Assembly: GCA_946965045.2 (NCBI GenBank)
Contig: OX337240.1
Coordinates: forward strand, 868,001-932,000
Direction of reading: 5' to 3'
DNA length: 64,000 nt
Origin: Epithemia pelagica
Taxonomy: Eukaryota; Protista; Bacillariophyta
The notes under the pieces are model-generated. The model was not told the origin of the DNA, searched no databases, and saw nothing but the letters and a program-made list of their open reading frames with translations. Shown here one piece after another: positions 52,081-64,000 of this stretch (its first letter is position 1; each line of letters starts with the position of its first letter). The position numbers and the translations under genes are program-made.

Positions 52081-52726
52081 ACAAAACACGCAAGGATATT
52101 CAAGACATGCTACTCCTTGTATCACTACGAATGTTATGCAGTGGTTTAAAGCCAGTGGAGAAACGCAACGATTGTTTAATGGAGTTGCATGTTGAATCAC
52201 AATGAATCAAGCATGATAACAAGTGTTCATAACAAAAACAGGAAATAGATACTATAGTAATGATTTGACTAGATCCAAACGCATATAACGGGGCGTGAGT
52301 GTTGTAGAAGCATGTCACGTGAACATGTGTCGTTAGGACTGGGAACCGTTCGACTCACCTCGAAACACACTCTTCTCGTCCCACCGCTAATGCTACCGTG
52401 TGTGCGTGTGTACACGGTTCCCTCGGACTCTTTCCCGGTTGCCCATTCCAATGAGTGAACAACTACCAAATGGGAGTACGTGTCAACCGAGTAGAAACAG
52501 GTTCAGGACAGCAGATGTGTTTCGCCTAACGGCAACCAGGGAATTTCGAATCCATGACCAAAGCGTTTGGTCCATCCTGAAACACACAGGATGGTGATAG
52601 CTCACGTTTCGTCTCTGACTCGGATTGTAAGGAGGGATGCGTCCCACTCATTCGTTTCGTGTTACGGACCGTGTGTGTTCCCTCAACAACAACAACAACA
52701 ACAACAACAACAAAACGTTTGTCTTT

Positions 52727-55700
52727 TTATTTTTTCTTGAGCATTTCCGTGGCGGTCAATTCCGCCGAAAAGGCGGCGGGTTTGCCGGCATAGGTGGTGG
52801 TCCGTTTCACGGCTTGTCGATTGACGAGAAAATAATTCTTGACACAATAGCCCGTGACGCGAAAAATAATAATCAGCCACATGATTTTGGCAAAACCCTT
52901 TTGCAAGAGTTGGGGCAAGGAGGAGGAATCGAGAATGTGCAAGGCCGGCAATTGCATTTCCGACCAGGGTGTGGCCGATCCCCATCGATACAGCGGTTTC
53001 TTGCCACGAAAATTGGCCATGCCATGAATCAACACGGCCGGAAAGAGCAATTTCCACAGGGGCATGTCGACGCCCAACAAGTGTTTCTTGGCCAACCCCA
53101 GTGCCGTCATGGTACCACACAACTCTTGAATGGGAAAAATGCCACGACAGAGCGCATAAAAGCTTTTATTAGGATACCATGGCTTGGTGTAGAGCAAAAT
53201 GCGTCGTCCCGCATCACAGAGTTTTAAACCAAGACTGGCGGCCAGCATTTGGCTGACATATTGATTGGCATTGACATGGTCGGGTTCATTGGGTGGCCGC
53301 AAAATTGGTTCGGCGACCCATTTCGAACGGGACCTCTTGTCATTGCTGTTTCGTTTCGTCCACATAAAGTTTCCCTTGAGATTGGTCGTCCACCGCAAGA
53401 TGCAGAGTTTGGTGTATTCTTCAATCATGGGACAGACCAGACAGGAGGCGGCCACTTCGGCTGCCAAGAGGGTAATGCGTTTGGGACGATACCCCGTTTC
53501 TCTCAAGACCCACGGAATGACGGGAATGGGAACTTTGGGTGCCAAACTAAAAATTTTGGGTTCAAACCAGGTAAAGACCAGTAATCGCACCAGGGTCGTG
53601 GCGAGAATTTCGGCCCCAAACGCCAGGACAAAGCCCACAGTGAAGGAGGTGAAAAAGGTATTGACAAAGGCATTCATGTCATTCTCAGTCGGGTTAATGA
53701 CCAAGAGGCATTGGATAATGGGCGCAATGGTGGCCATGCCCACCAGGCCCAGGTTCTCATAAAATCGTAAATTGTACTGAGACAGGGGCAGTGTGCGGGG
53801 AGAGACACCCGAATAGCAGGCCAGAGCCACAGTGACAAGTGTCAACCCAATTTTTTGAATCGAGTCAAAGCTCATACTGGCATCGGCCATTGTTTCGGGA
53901 GGAACAAAAATGGTCATGGGCGTATAGTCGTAAAAATAAGAGCGTCCCAAGTGTTGTTGCTGTGGTTGTGGTCCTGCCGCAACAGCATTGGCAGTCGGAG
54001 TGGCGGCATGCGGCACTCGCGTTGGTTGTGGCTGTACCAGAGCGGTCGAGGAGGAATGCTGTTTGGGCGGATATGCAGAAGGAGGGGTCGTCGTCACGGC
54101 CCGATTTCGTGGAACATTGAAAAATGCCGGCTTGGACGGCTGTTGTTGCGACGCAGAATGGGGAGGCGGCACTTGTGGCCAAGGTCCATACTGACTGTAA
54201 TAATAGGCATGTTGTTGCGGCGTCAAATACGTTGCTGGTGGTGGTGGTGGCGGATACGGATATTGATAGCCGTACAAGGGGGCAGCCCCAAACGAATACG
54301 AGGGCGGCATGGATTCGGGCGGCGGAAACACGGGACCTCCATGTTCTAGAGAGTGTTGTTGTTGCGATGGCGGTGCTTGCTGTTGTTGTTGTCGTTCTTG
54401 TTGCGGAGGTGGATAATAATAGGGTCCATTGTTATTCGGATACAGGGGATGCTGTGGTTGTTGCTGTTGTTGTTGTACAACCGGAGGAGGCATTCGACTC
54501 GTCTTGGCGGAACTCGTCTCGTCTTCGGATTCTTCCGCGTCACTATAATAGACGGGAAGGTTGGGAAGGGCATAGCCCCGTCCTTCATCGTGGTCCTCTC
54601 CTCCGTCGTCCGACGACAGGGATTGATGAATGGGTGGGGAGGGACGGTTCTTGGCACGAGTAGCAGCCACAGCATTGTGGTTCTTGGGATTGGTCGTCTC
54701 TCGCTGTTGTTGGAGTCTTCGATACTTGGCTCGATCCACACTGGTCCACAGCCGTGGAGGAATGGGTTCCGAGTCTTCTTCGTCTTCTTCTTCCTCCTCC
54801 TCCGACTCGTCGTCCACCACTGTGCGGGTGGCTCCATCGGATGCCAATGACGAGGACGAAGCAGAAGCAGATCGTCGTCGGCCCGAGTTGCTCGTCATGT
54901 AATCGGTATCATCCAACATTTGTTGCAATTTGTGGAGGGTTTGCATGGGTTGTGAATTGGGAGAGGCTTTGGAGGACGACGAGGTGGATGGAGTGGCTCG
55001 TCGAGCAGGAGGCTGCCTTGGGTGGGGTCGTTGCTCCTGCTGCTGCTGCCTGGGCTTGGGCAATGATTCCTCGGCTGTCCGAGAAGATGACACGGTGCTC
55101 TCGTTCATAATCTTGGTTTCGTTGGTAGTGGTCGAAGGACCACCCTGAAACGGACTTGTCATTGTTGTTGTTGCTGTGGTGGCCGCATGCGATTGGGCCA
55201 ATTCGGCCGACAAACGATTCCATTCTTCATCGTCCGAACTTTCTTGTTCGTCGGCCTCGTCATCGGAGGACGCTCCTCCTCCACCACCACCATTATGATT
55301 ATTCATATTAGCATTGGTCGGTGCTGTTCGATCCTGGTCGGTCCTTGTCCATGCCTCCCCCCGACGCGGTGGGGGATTGGCCGTGGCTCTTGTCGTTGTG
55401 GTGGGAAGGCGACCGGGAAAGGATGCCGCAGCAGCGGCGGCAGCCGCGTCCACGGTTCTCCAACACAACAACAACAGTACCATCTCATGGATCCCTACCA
55501 TCATTCTCCTGTTGGTGGAATTCTTCTTGCGGCTTGTTGTTGTTGTTGTCCTGACACAGTGTCTTGTTGGTTCACAGTCGCACGACGACGACGACGACGG
55601 CAACGACGCGGCGCCAGTGGACAACAAGAAGGACAACGGGCAAAACCCTCCTGGGTCGTCGTCTCTCATTCGCCTCTTGTTCTTCGTGGAATCATGCATG

Positions 55701-55786
55701 GAGGAGGAGGAAGGCAGTATGTCGAATCGAGGTTTCAAGGACACACAGGCGATCAATACAACAACCAACAACCACAAAGAACACAC
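52727..55786 (-). CDS. Membrane protein with a long low-complexity N-terminus and a C-terminal PrsW/CPBP-like intramembrane metalloprotease domain
   Basis: IEEYTKL (EExxK) and LIHGMANF (HxxxN) within TM helices. The true start is probably a downstream ATG (MMVGIHEMVLLLL). Confidence 0.6.
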   Translation of the reverse strand: MCSLWLLVVVLIACVSLKPRFDILPSSSSMHDSTKNKRRMRDDDPGGFCPLSFLLSTGAASLPSSSSSCDCEPTRHCVRTTTTTSRKKNSTNRRMMVGIHEMVLLLLCWRTVDAAAAAAAASFPGRLPTTTTRATANPPPRRGEAWTRTDQDRTAPTNANMNNHNGGGGGGASSDDEADEQESSDDEEWNRLSAELAQSHAATTATTTMTSPFQGGPSTTTNETKIMNESTVSSSRTAEESLPKPRQQQQEQRPHPRQPPARRATPSTSSSSKASPNSQPMQTLHKLQQMLDDTDYMTSNSGRRRSASASSSSLASDGATRTVVDDESEEEEEEDEEDSEPIPPRLWTSVDRAKYRRLQQQRETTNPKNHNAVAATRAKNRPSPPIHQSLSSDDGGEDHDEGRGYALPNLPVYYSDAEESEDETSSAKTSRMPPPVVQQQQQQPQHPLYPNNNGPYYYPPPQQERQQQQQAPPSQQQHSLEHGGPVFPPPESMPPSYSFGAAPLYGYQYPYPPPPPPATYLTPQQHAYYYSQYGPWPQVPPPHSASQQQPSKPAFFNVPRNRAVTTTPPSAYPPKQHSSSTALVQPQPTRVPHAATPTANAVAAGPQPQQQHLGRSYFYDYTPMTIFVPPETMADASMSFDSIQKIGLTLVTVALACYSGVSPRTLPLSQYNLRFYENLGLVGMATIAPIIQCLLVINPTENDMNAFVNTFFTSFTVGFVLAFGAEILATTLVRLLVFTWFEPKIFSLAPKVPIPVIPWVLRETGYRPKRITLLAAEVAASCLVCPMIEEYTKLCILRWTTNLKGNFMWTKRNSNDKRSRSKWVAEPILRPPNEPDHVNANQYVSQMLAASLGLKLCDAGRRILLYTKPWYPNKSFYALCRGIFPIQELCGTMTALGLAKKHLLGVDMPLWKLLFPAVLIHGMANFRGKKPLYRWGSATPWSEMQLPALHILDSSSLPQLLQKGFAKIMWLIIIFRVTGYCVKNYFLVNRQAVKRTTTYAGKPAAFSAELTATEMLKKK

Positions 55787-56078
55787 AACCTACTTGACAC
55801 TTTTTTGCCCTGGAAGACGACACCGACCACGAAAACGGTACAGACCAATGAAAAGAGAAAAGAAGAGAAAGATGAGACGCCCACGTGTCTTTTTCTAAAA
55901 CTAAAAACTAAAAATGTGAGGCCCTACACTCCAGTCCAAAGTAGACTGAGAGCGCGTGCGTGGTATACTGTCCACTGCAGAGTGAGTGTGGAACGTGGTC
56001 ACACCCAGCTGCAGTTCGATCGAACCAGAACCAGAAGGACAATGACGTGAGCCACGTTGTACACTTTGAAGCTATAGT

Positions 56079-56900
56079 GTGAGAAGTAGTCTAGTGTCAA
56101 TCTGTACAACCGGGAACCAGAACGGCTCGCTCCCCATGATCCCCGATCCATTAAGTTCGCGCAAGAAGTTTGCAAACTTGGAGCGGGCATTTCCACACGG
56201 CCAAAGATTTTTGGGTGGCGAGACAACGACCATGTCGCCATCCTTGTCTTCGTCTTCGTGGCTGTGTGTGTGGTTCACCCTTGTCTTGTTCTGGACCAGC
56301 TTGATTCTTCATTCCTGTGCGGCCTTTCAACTACCTCCCTGGACGTGTCCACGAGAAACGATCCAACCAGCCAAGGACGCTCCTCCCGTCCTGAAAATGT
56401 CGTCGTCGTCGTCTTCTTCCACTCCATCCACCACCACCACCACCGGACCCCAATGGTTTCAACATTCCATTACCATCACAGCGCCGTCGCGAGGATGCCA
56501 TTTGATTACCGGTCAAGTGCAAAAGGCCATTTCGTCCGACGTGTCCAAAATCCAAATCGGCATGTGCAATCTCTTTGTGCAACACACGTCGGCTTCCTTG
56601 ACCATTAATGAAAATGCCGATCCCGATGTCCGACGTGACATGGAAGTGGCCCTCAACAAATTGGTGCCCGCCAGTTGGAATCGCGATGGAACCTTTTGGC
56701 ATACCATGGAAGGAGACGATGACATGCCCGGTCATGTCAAGAGCAGTCTCATGGGCGTCAGTCTCAATATTCCCATTCGCAATGGCCAACTCGCCCTGGG
56801 AACCTGGCAAGGGATTTATTTGAATGAACATCGCGATCAAGGAGGATGGGGTGGAGGACATGCCAGACATGTCCTCATTACACTCCAAGGAATGGCCTAA
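56079..56900 (+). CDS. YjbQ/UPF0047 family protein with signal-like N-terminal extension
   Basis: HTSASLTINENADPDVRRDM, DDMPGHVKSSL and LALGTWQGIYLNEH. Confidence 0.92.
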   Translation: MRSSLVSICTTGNQNGSLPMIPDPLSSRKKFANLERAFPHGQRFLGGETTTMSPSLSSSSWLCVWFTLVLFWTSLILHSCAAFQLPPWTCPRETIQPAKDAPPVLKMSSSSSSSTPSTTTTTGPQWFQHSITITAPSRGCHLITGQVQKAISSDVSKIQIGMCNLFVQHTSASLTINENADPDVRRDMEVALNKLVPASWNRDGTFWHTMEGDDDMPGHVKSSLMGVSLNIPIRNGQLALGTWQGIYLNEHRDQGGWGGGHARHVLITLQGMA

Positions 56901-57106
56901 TCGAATCAAGGAGCTTATAGCAATAGGTAGTAGTTGATGATGGGTTTGGATCGGATCCGTTTCTTTCCTCAGTGTAACTTGTTTACCCTCTATTTATACA
57001 TGGTCGTTGTAAGGTTAGAAGAGACAGCATCATGGTTGATCCTGCGACATGCCCACGGAAAGGTTCCTCGTTCTAATGGATCATGCAAACGCGTTTGAGT
57101 CATTGA

Positions 57107-59821
57107 TTGGTCGCGTTAGTGACTGGGTGTCTCACAATGGCGGCTTCTGGGTTGGGGGCATGTCTCGGCCCCAGCTTCCGATTGCGAATGATCTTGTGGG
57201 TGCGGCGCCTCACGTTTCATTCCTACCAGTCCGTCGTCTTGTGGCTGCTACTGCTGCTGGTTCGAGTGCGTGGTTTCCCAGTCGCCAGTCCAAGAGCCTT
57301 GTTCTTGTTTGTACCGTGCCACCACTGTGAGTGGCCATTGTCGTGGACTCGGATCCGTCGGCCAACTACCACCACCACCCTCAGGATGATCCAGGAACAG
57401 GCTGCTACACCGTCGTTGTCTTGTGGAGCACATGTGCACCCGTCGATTGCCAACATTCTCCGCCTCAACAAGCAACAACCACCACCACCACTGCAAGTCT
57501 CTGAATCCAACCACGGAACCATCAGCACAACACCACCAAACTTGGAGGACCTTCCAGTCTTGGCTCGGACATGGGACAACCACTTGTTTGGAAATCCAAA
57601 AGAGCCGCCACAGGATGATGACGAGACGAGTCGTTGTGTGAGTGGGACAACCTGCCAGGCCCTCCATCACTTGGGCTGCTCCTCCGTGAAACATCAACAA
57701 CAACCACAACACGAGACGGACGAATCGGCAGTTCTGGCAGCCTGGACCCTGTTGGCTCTGGGATTACTGGAATCGGCCATTCGGGACCGTGTCATGGGGT
57801 GTCACACCAATACGGTGGGCAAGGCACCCCTCTTGTCCACCATGATTCGTCAACTCGGAAATCAACCACCACCACCACAAGACAAGGACAATGATCAACC
57901 CCACGACGAAACGGCACAAAACTCACAAGAACAAGAACAGGAGCAGCAGCACAAACGACTACAACCGAGCTTGGGTTCGGTCCTCGAAACTTTGCTGCTC
58001 CCCAAACAGGGGAGTGGTCTCAATTTGAGAAATTTGTTGTGGCATGGCTTTTGTGGCTCCCTCCCACGTCCCTGGTTTGCCTTGGTATTGCACTTGTACA
58101 ATCAAGTCCAATCAGAATCGCAAAGACAACCAGACACAACGCCACACCACAATAAGGATGACAGTCCGAGTGTCTCCAGTACCGACAGAAATTTCCGCAG
58201 CAGCATTCCTCCTGGAACAACAAGCGACAACCCTGTCTCACAAAAGGACGAGGAATGGGAGTATGCGGCCACGCTCCAAAACGAGATTGCACTGGGGGCA
58301 TTGCTGCGACAGCCGCAGCATCGAATGATTATGATGGAAACCATTGCCCAGTGGTTGCCCTCCAGTCATGCCTCCCTGTGGGCCGTGGCGTGTGACTGGA
58401 TGGATCATCGGTACCCCGCCTGTGCAACAGCCGTCATGGTAGTCTTGTTGGAACATGGCTTGCGGCTCGACTGGTGTCGCGTCAATCAGGCACCGCACCA
58501 TGCCGTGGCACATCCCGGTCATTACTATGTGACCCTCGATGGCCATGGACAACGCAATCAACACAATCTCTTGTTACATCCCCATGTACTCCACACGGAG
58601 GACACCCTGTCCAATGGGCCCCACAACGACGACACGACGGAACCAAAACAGATTCCCGATCCAGTACCGAATGCCTTGGTGCAACATTTGGGTTCCGAGA
58701 CCATGGCCTTCTTGTCGGATTTGTTTTGCAGTGCCTCGGGACCCAACATTCGTGCCGCTTTGGGACATGGATCGTGGGATGGACACGTGTGTCGGGAATT
58801 GCAACAAATGGCCCACGACAGCATCCACGACAAGGACAAGGATAAGGACAAGGACAACCAGTCCACGAATGCCATCCAGCCGTCGGATCAGCAGCTTGCG
58901 CCAGTGGTTTCCTTACTGGTTCTGGCCTTGTATCAAACGGCGAGAATGGCAACCGCAGGTTCCACCATCACGTCGTCATCCTCCCTGGTACCCCGCTTTG
59001 TGTACCAACCCAAATTCTCCTTTGCTGCCACAACCTACCACAACCTGGAATCCATGCGTCACGAGCTGCAAAAACTCTCCACACTCGTTTTTGCTACATC
59101 AAATCAAAGGGAAACGGCGTTGGATTCCTCATTGGACTACTTCCCCAGTAGACCTCCCTCTTGTGCAGACCTGGATGCTCACATGGAGCTCTTGATGCAA
59201 CGACTGGAATGGAGCAAGGAACTGAGCCGCGAGTTGAAACGCAATCAACAATTGATGCCACTGGGAGCAGTTCGCACGCTCTTGGCCGACCTGGTTGTGG
59301 CATGCCAATCGTTTTCAACGAGTGCGCAAGAGGCTTTGCTTCTCATGACTGTTGCGGCGGCAGCAGATCCAACTGCAAACGACACTCGAACCGTGAAACA
59401 GGGTTTGACACGCCAACCGAATACCAGACACTACAAACAAGCCAGTCGCATCGTGGACTTGGCACCCTTGGCCTTGGAGTTGTACCGGTTTACCTTGCAT
59501 GTGGCGTTGGTCTCGCTCGACATGGCACTCCCGCCAGAAAACGACGACAACGACGAGGACCAAGCAACAACGAGTCAAGCCTGCTCCAATGGTACCGCCC
59601 TGCACACCACAATAACGTCCACGCCAAACAACAACAAGAATCCATCTCTACTCAAAGCTGTGGAACGATCGAGAATGGTGATTTCGACAACCTCCAGCTT
59701 TTGGACAGTCAATGCCGACCGCGCCACCAAGGCGATTCAAGACTATGGCAAGGGCAAAGCCATCAAATGCTTTGCGGCACAGTCGTATCCAAATGCAGTC
59801 TCTTCCAAGACAAAGCCGTGA
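57107..59821 (+). CDS. ERMARD/C6orf70-like (DUF4209) protein
   Basis: GLNLRNLLWHGF, LLEHGLR, YVTLD and GPNIRAALGHG resemble ERMARD motifs (from memory of the family). Start uncertain. Confidence 0.6.
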   Translation: MVALVTGCLTMAASGLGACLGPSFRLRMILWVRRLTFHSYQSVVLWLLLLLVRVRGFPVASPRALFLFVPCHHCEWPLSWTRIRRPTTTTTLRMIQEQAATPSLSCGAHVHPSIANILRLNKQQPPPPLQVSESNHGTISTTPPNLEDLPVLARTWDNHLFGNPKEPPQDDDETSRCVSGTTCQALHHLGCSSVKHQQQPQHETDESAVLAAWTLLALGLLESAIRDRVMGCHTNTVGKAPLLSTMIRQLGNQPPPPQDKDNDQPHDETAQNSQEQEQEQQHKRLQPSLGSVLETLLLPKQGSGLNLRNLLWHGFCGSLPRPWFALVLHLYNQVQSESQRQPDTTPHHNKDDSPSVSSTDRNFRSSIPPGTTSDNPVSQKDEEWEYAATLQNEIALGALLRQPQHRMIMMETIAQWLPSSHASLWAVACDWMDHRYPACATAVMVVLLEHGLRLDWCRVNQAPHHAVAHPGHYYVTLDGHGQRNQHNLLLHPHVLHTEDTLSNGPHNDDTTEPKQIPDPVPNALVQHLGSETMAFLSDLFCSASGPNIRAALGHGSWDGHVCRELQQMAHDSIHDKDKDKDKDNQSTNAIQPSDQQLAPVVSLLVLALYQTARMATAGSTITSSSSLVPRFVYQPKFSFAATTYHNLESMRHELQKLSTLVFATSNQRETALDSSLDYFPSRPPSCADLDAHMELLMQRLEWSKELSRELKRNQQLMPLGAVRTLLADLVVACQSFSTSAQEALLLMTVAAAADPTANDTRTVKQGLTRQPNTRHYKQASRIVDLAPLALELYRFTLHVALVSLDMALPPENDDNDEDQATTSQACSNGTALHTTITSTPNNNKNPSLLKAVERSRMVISTTSSFWTVNADRATKAIQDYGKGKAIKCFAAQSYPNAVSSKTKP

Positions 59822-60180
59822 GACGCGCTGGTGTGGAGTTCTTCAGGTTGTGTCGGTGATGATTGATGATGTCCTGGAGTGCAGTTTTTCCAGTTTGTGA
59901 GGATAGATTTGGCTCGTAAAATTGATGCCAACACGAGATGCACGCAAGCATTCAATCTGGGCGCGAATACTTTTTCCTGTTCCGGGATTGGGAATAAGCG
60001 TTAAAATTCATTATCATTTTACTTTCTCAACCGCTCGGAGGTACTGGATGCGACTTTCCATGCGCGCCGGGCCATCCAGTTCGATGGGCACACCAAGAAC
60101 AACAACACCATCCAACAACAACACGAGAAAGAAGAACACTGAAGCACAGTCTCTGTTGCATCTATAATACCAACGCTCTC

Positions 60181-63100
60181 ATGAACGAACGGCTCATGGA
60201 ACATGAGAACCATGCTTCCGTGGATCGAAATCTTGCAGCAGAGGTGGTCCAGGGCGATCCAATTACGACAAGGGCCGAGCAAGAATGTACTACGAATGAC
60301 GAGGATGCTGCAGCTAATACTGCCTCTCTTTCGACCGCACAAGTTTGTACCATCATTCGCACCAATATGCAAAATATGGGTAGGTCATTGAGACTGGACG
60401 GTCATGGTCCATGCTTCTTCTAGAATTTCATCTCACACACACATGTCTTGATATGTGTTTTTATGTGTGCCTCTCACCACTTTCCAATCCACACACCATT
60501 CATTCGTGTCTCCTCCCACCCAATACGAATAGAACGATCGTTGCGGTGTCCCTTGTGTTTGAGTTGTTACCGAACCGCGACCATGATTGGAGCCTGTTGT
60601 CACACGTATTGTCAATCGTGCATCTTGCAAGCCTTGCAGCACAAAAAAGAATGTCCCACCTGCAAACAAGCGTGTACCAAACGATCCTTGGTCCCGGCCC
60701 CGCACTTGGACGCGTTGGTGCGGGCCTTTAAGCATGTCCTTCGCGATTTTGGTTTGGCACCCAGTCAATTTGATCCCAGTGTGGCCGTCACACAATTGCA
60801 TCCCGACGACAAGAAACGATTGGAGGAGCTTCACAATGAGGAAGAGGAAGAGGAGGAGGAGGAGGAAAATGTCATTCAACTCATTGAGGACCATGACGAA
60901 AATGATACTCACAACAACAACAACCATAATGGATCCGTGATTCTATTACCACACAAGGAACCCGATGGTTTGACCAAACTCCCTCCCCAGTCCTGGCGGG
61001 CCCGTCGCCACCGCCGCCGCCGTGGTCGTCGATCCATGAGCACGGATTGGATTCAGGTCCATGAACATGTGCAAGCGGCCCGAACCTTTGCGCAACATTT
61101 GAGTACGGCGGCATCCAGTTTGTTGCAACGAGAACAGGCCGCCGTCGTGTCCGTCAATGAACGAGCCCTCGTACGAGCGGCCGTGGCCGTCCAACAGGCC
61201 AAACAAACCAACGACACGAGTACTACTAGTACTACTACTACTGCCAACGAACGCCAAGCCGACGCGAAAACTCACCCAACGCGCATTGTATTCTCCACCG
61301 AGGAACCGCAGCAACACTCCCAACCCCGTGTCGTAGCTCCCGTACAACAGCAGCAACAACAACACGACACCACCACCATACTCGATGTGACATTGTCACA
61401 ACAAAATCTCGAACAAGCACTGGAGCAACAAACGGCCGATCACCTCTGGTCGCAACAACACCAAGGCGTCGAGGAGGAGGAGGACGACGACCATCCAAAC
61501 CCTTGTGCCATGGATCCTGCGGACAACTCGCAAGAGTTTTTTTCGGCACGCGAAATGGAATCGCAAGAGCTGGAAGAGATCCAGGTACTCACGAATCATG
61601 CTTCGGATGCCTGTCGTCCACAAGAACAACCGCAAGGCGAGGTACAATCTGCCACAATGAGTACTCCCACGGATCCGATTGACACATTCAACAACGGAAA
61701 CTCAAGCAAACCTACCGAGCCCGAACTGGAACCAACAAATCAGAATGATTCCGTACCAACGAGCGAGGATGCATCCAGTGATAGAATGGTTTGTTCGATA
61801 GAAGCAGGTCCAGTAACTCGCGACGAGCTGAATTCCAATGTAACTGTTCGGAAACCCCTTGTTCCCACCAACCATGCCGACGACACGGATTCCCAGAGGA
61901 CTGTGAAAACGATCCCGCCCTGGTCGGTTGGACCACCAACCACCACAACTCACGAGGCTTCCATGCAGAACCCACCATCAAGTCCAATGGACAAAAAGCC
62001 ACAAATTCCACGAGGTGGGAAACCGTCCTTTGTACCACCACATGCCGCTGCAGGTGGAAAGAATGAAAATTCTCCCTCTCGTGCCATTGCGAGGCCGCTG
62101 AACTACTTTTCGGTCGGTTCCATTGTACAAGTATCCTCACGGACCTGGCCTGGTACGTGTGCTTTACGAGTCGTTGTTCCGTACTCGTGTCGTCCTCGTT
62201 GGAATGGCTAACCTTTTTTGGTTTGTTTTTCTACGGTCAGGCATTAACAAACCGGGAGGTGTAGGACGTGTCACCCGCGTCCAGTTTCCCGACGACCAGA
62301 CAACGGATCGGAACGCGTCATGCTTGTATGACATTGCCTACATCTTGGGAGGGAGAGAAGTGGGCGTCGAATCCAAATATGTGACGGCCAATGATGGAGC
62401 CCTGGGACGGGATGATCACGATGCCGGCTCGCTTCGGATCCGATTCAACAATAACATTCCGCAAAGCTTATTGAATCAGCTCGAGGCGGAAGGGTTTGAC
62501 ACGGTGGGACGGCCCAGTCTCGCCATGATGCACAAGGTGGAAGAGGAACGCAAAGAAAACGTCAAACCCTTCTTGGTGGAACCACCAGCCAAGTCACCGA
62601 AAAAGCGGTTGAGCGAGGAACCTCCTCCAGGTGCCAGTCACCGAAACAAGAGGCTGAAACGGGCCAAAGCCGCTGTGGTGTCCACCTTGAAAAGTGCCTT
62701 GACCAAGAACAAAAGTCGCAAACCGCAAGGACAAGACCCACCTCCTGTTGTACTCAGCAATGCCGAAAAGTGTCAGCAGGCCAATGAGCATTACTCCAAG
62801 CAGTTCCAGGACGCTGTACAAAAAGGAGTCTTGTACGTGACAGTCTCCAGTTTGTCTCCACCCGAAGCCGAATCCGTGGCTCGTCTGTGTACCCTTTCCC
62901 CATCCATGGGACCTGTCAAGGTCAAACAATGCGACACACTTTCGGCCAAAGTAAGCATGTGCTTGGTTCCTACCCCTGCCATGAGCCGGTCCGAACCAGC
63001 CAACCTTGTGGCGCGTAGTCGCACCGTCAAAACCATGCGAGCCGCCTTGGCGGGGATCCCGATTGTTCCCTGTGCCTGGGCTGTCAAGTGTCTGCAAAAC

Positions 63101-63622
63101 CAAACCGTGGAAGAACCCACGCCAGCCATGTACATTCGAACGCTACCTACCAAGGCGGGAGATGGTCACACTGCCTTTGGAGTGGCCCACTTGGCATCCT
63201 TGTCCCATGTGAATGGCCTGCACCGAAAACCATTGAAATCCTGTGCCGTGTACTTGTGTGGTAAATTCCCTCGACAAGTGGAACGTGACATTATCCTCTT
63301 GGCCAAGGACGCTGGTGCCACGGTCCTGACTCAACGGTCGACAGTCCTCTCCAGGATTCGGTCGGAACAAACCGTCGTGTTGCTCTGCAATAAAACGGCC
63401 CAAACCTCTCTTACCGCCAAACTGGAGAGTGAAGTGGCCCAACATCCGAAACGTGTCCTGGTGGCCTCGGCACAATGGTTGTTTGATTCCATTAGTAGTG
63501 GAGAATGTCAAACGGTTCAAGCGTATCCGCCCGAATGCCCAGTGGCCCATACATTGTGGACCATGACATCGGCGGCTGCATCCATGACGCAGACAAGCTA
63601 CTTTGGAACAACCGAGCTTTGA
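60181..63622 (+). CDS. BRCA1/BARD1-like RING + Tudor-like + tandem BRCT protein; exons 60181-60379, 60533-62152 and 62241-63622
   Basis: RING CPLC...CCHTYCQSC...CPTC. GT-AG introns 60380-60532 and 62153-62240 join the exons in frame (NMERSLRCPLC; RTWPGINKPGG). BRCT motifs RTVKTMRAALAGIPIV..AW and WLFDSIS. Confidence 0.85.
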
Positions 63623-64000
63623 AAAACTTGGAGTTTTTCCTAGGCAAAAATAGAATTGACTTTTTGAATCACGTTTTGATTGGATGGTCTTGATAGGTCA
63701 ATGACAACAGGGGTCCCTGTCTGTCTTACTATTGGAACGTGGTACTGTCGATCGTTTCGAACGTTGCTGTCCGAAAAACCTGCGGGAATCTTTTAGAAAC
63801 AAAGGCCCCGTGGTAACAACAACAACAACAATACTACCTAAACGATTACATAGAATGATACAGTTCCAAATCTCTGGGAAGCACTTGTGTGAAGCTCTAC
63901 TGCTCTCTGGAACATGGAAACATTCGTCTCACTGCTGTCTTTGGGGTTTTGTTTTACTCTGTTGCATCTGGATCCGTAGTAGGAGGAGGGGAGTCGCTTT

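Overview
Gene-dense eukaryotic DNA with few introns, most consistent with a pennate diatom. This is inferred from short GT-AG introns, signal/transit-peptide N-termini, an HSF gene, Thr/Gln/Asn-rich low-complexity proteins and protein families typical of diatoms; the species cannot be named. Housekeeping or known-family genes: IMPACT/YigZ, vWA-alpha-kinase, vWA protein, M16 insulinase, two truncated-globin-like genes, NAD(P)-binding Rossmann protein, TOP3A, adenylate kinase, two GSTs, COG4, PI4K, HSF, PrsW-like protease, YjbQ, ERMARD-like, and a BRCA1/BARD1-like RING-BRCT gene. The standout is a ~9.3 kb element (about 23.77-33.05 kb). It is bounded by ~570-590 bp diverged inverted repeats whose inner parts are near-identical arrays of the 8-mer CTGGACAA. 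It carries four genes in two divergent pairs: a KOW-like ORF, a Harbinger/ISL2EU-type DDE transposase, an unknown ~480-530 aa ORF and a 186 aa two-repeat ORF. It also contains an apparently exact 3614 bp tandem duplication whose junction shows microhomology. Just to its right is a 381 bp hAT-type MITE with a perfect 8 bp TSD and telomere-like motifs, inserted at the start of a GST gene. Several homopolymer-linked frameshifts suggest long-read consensus errors.
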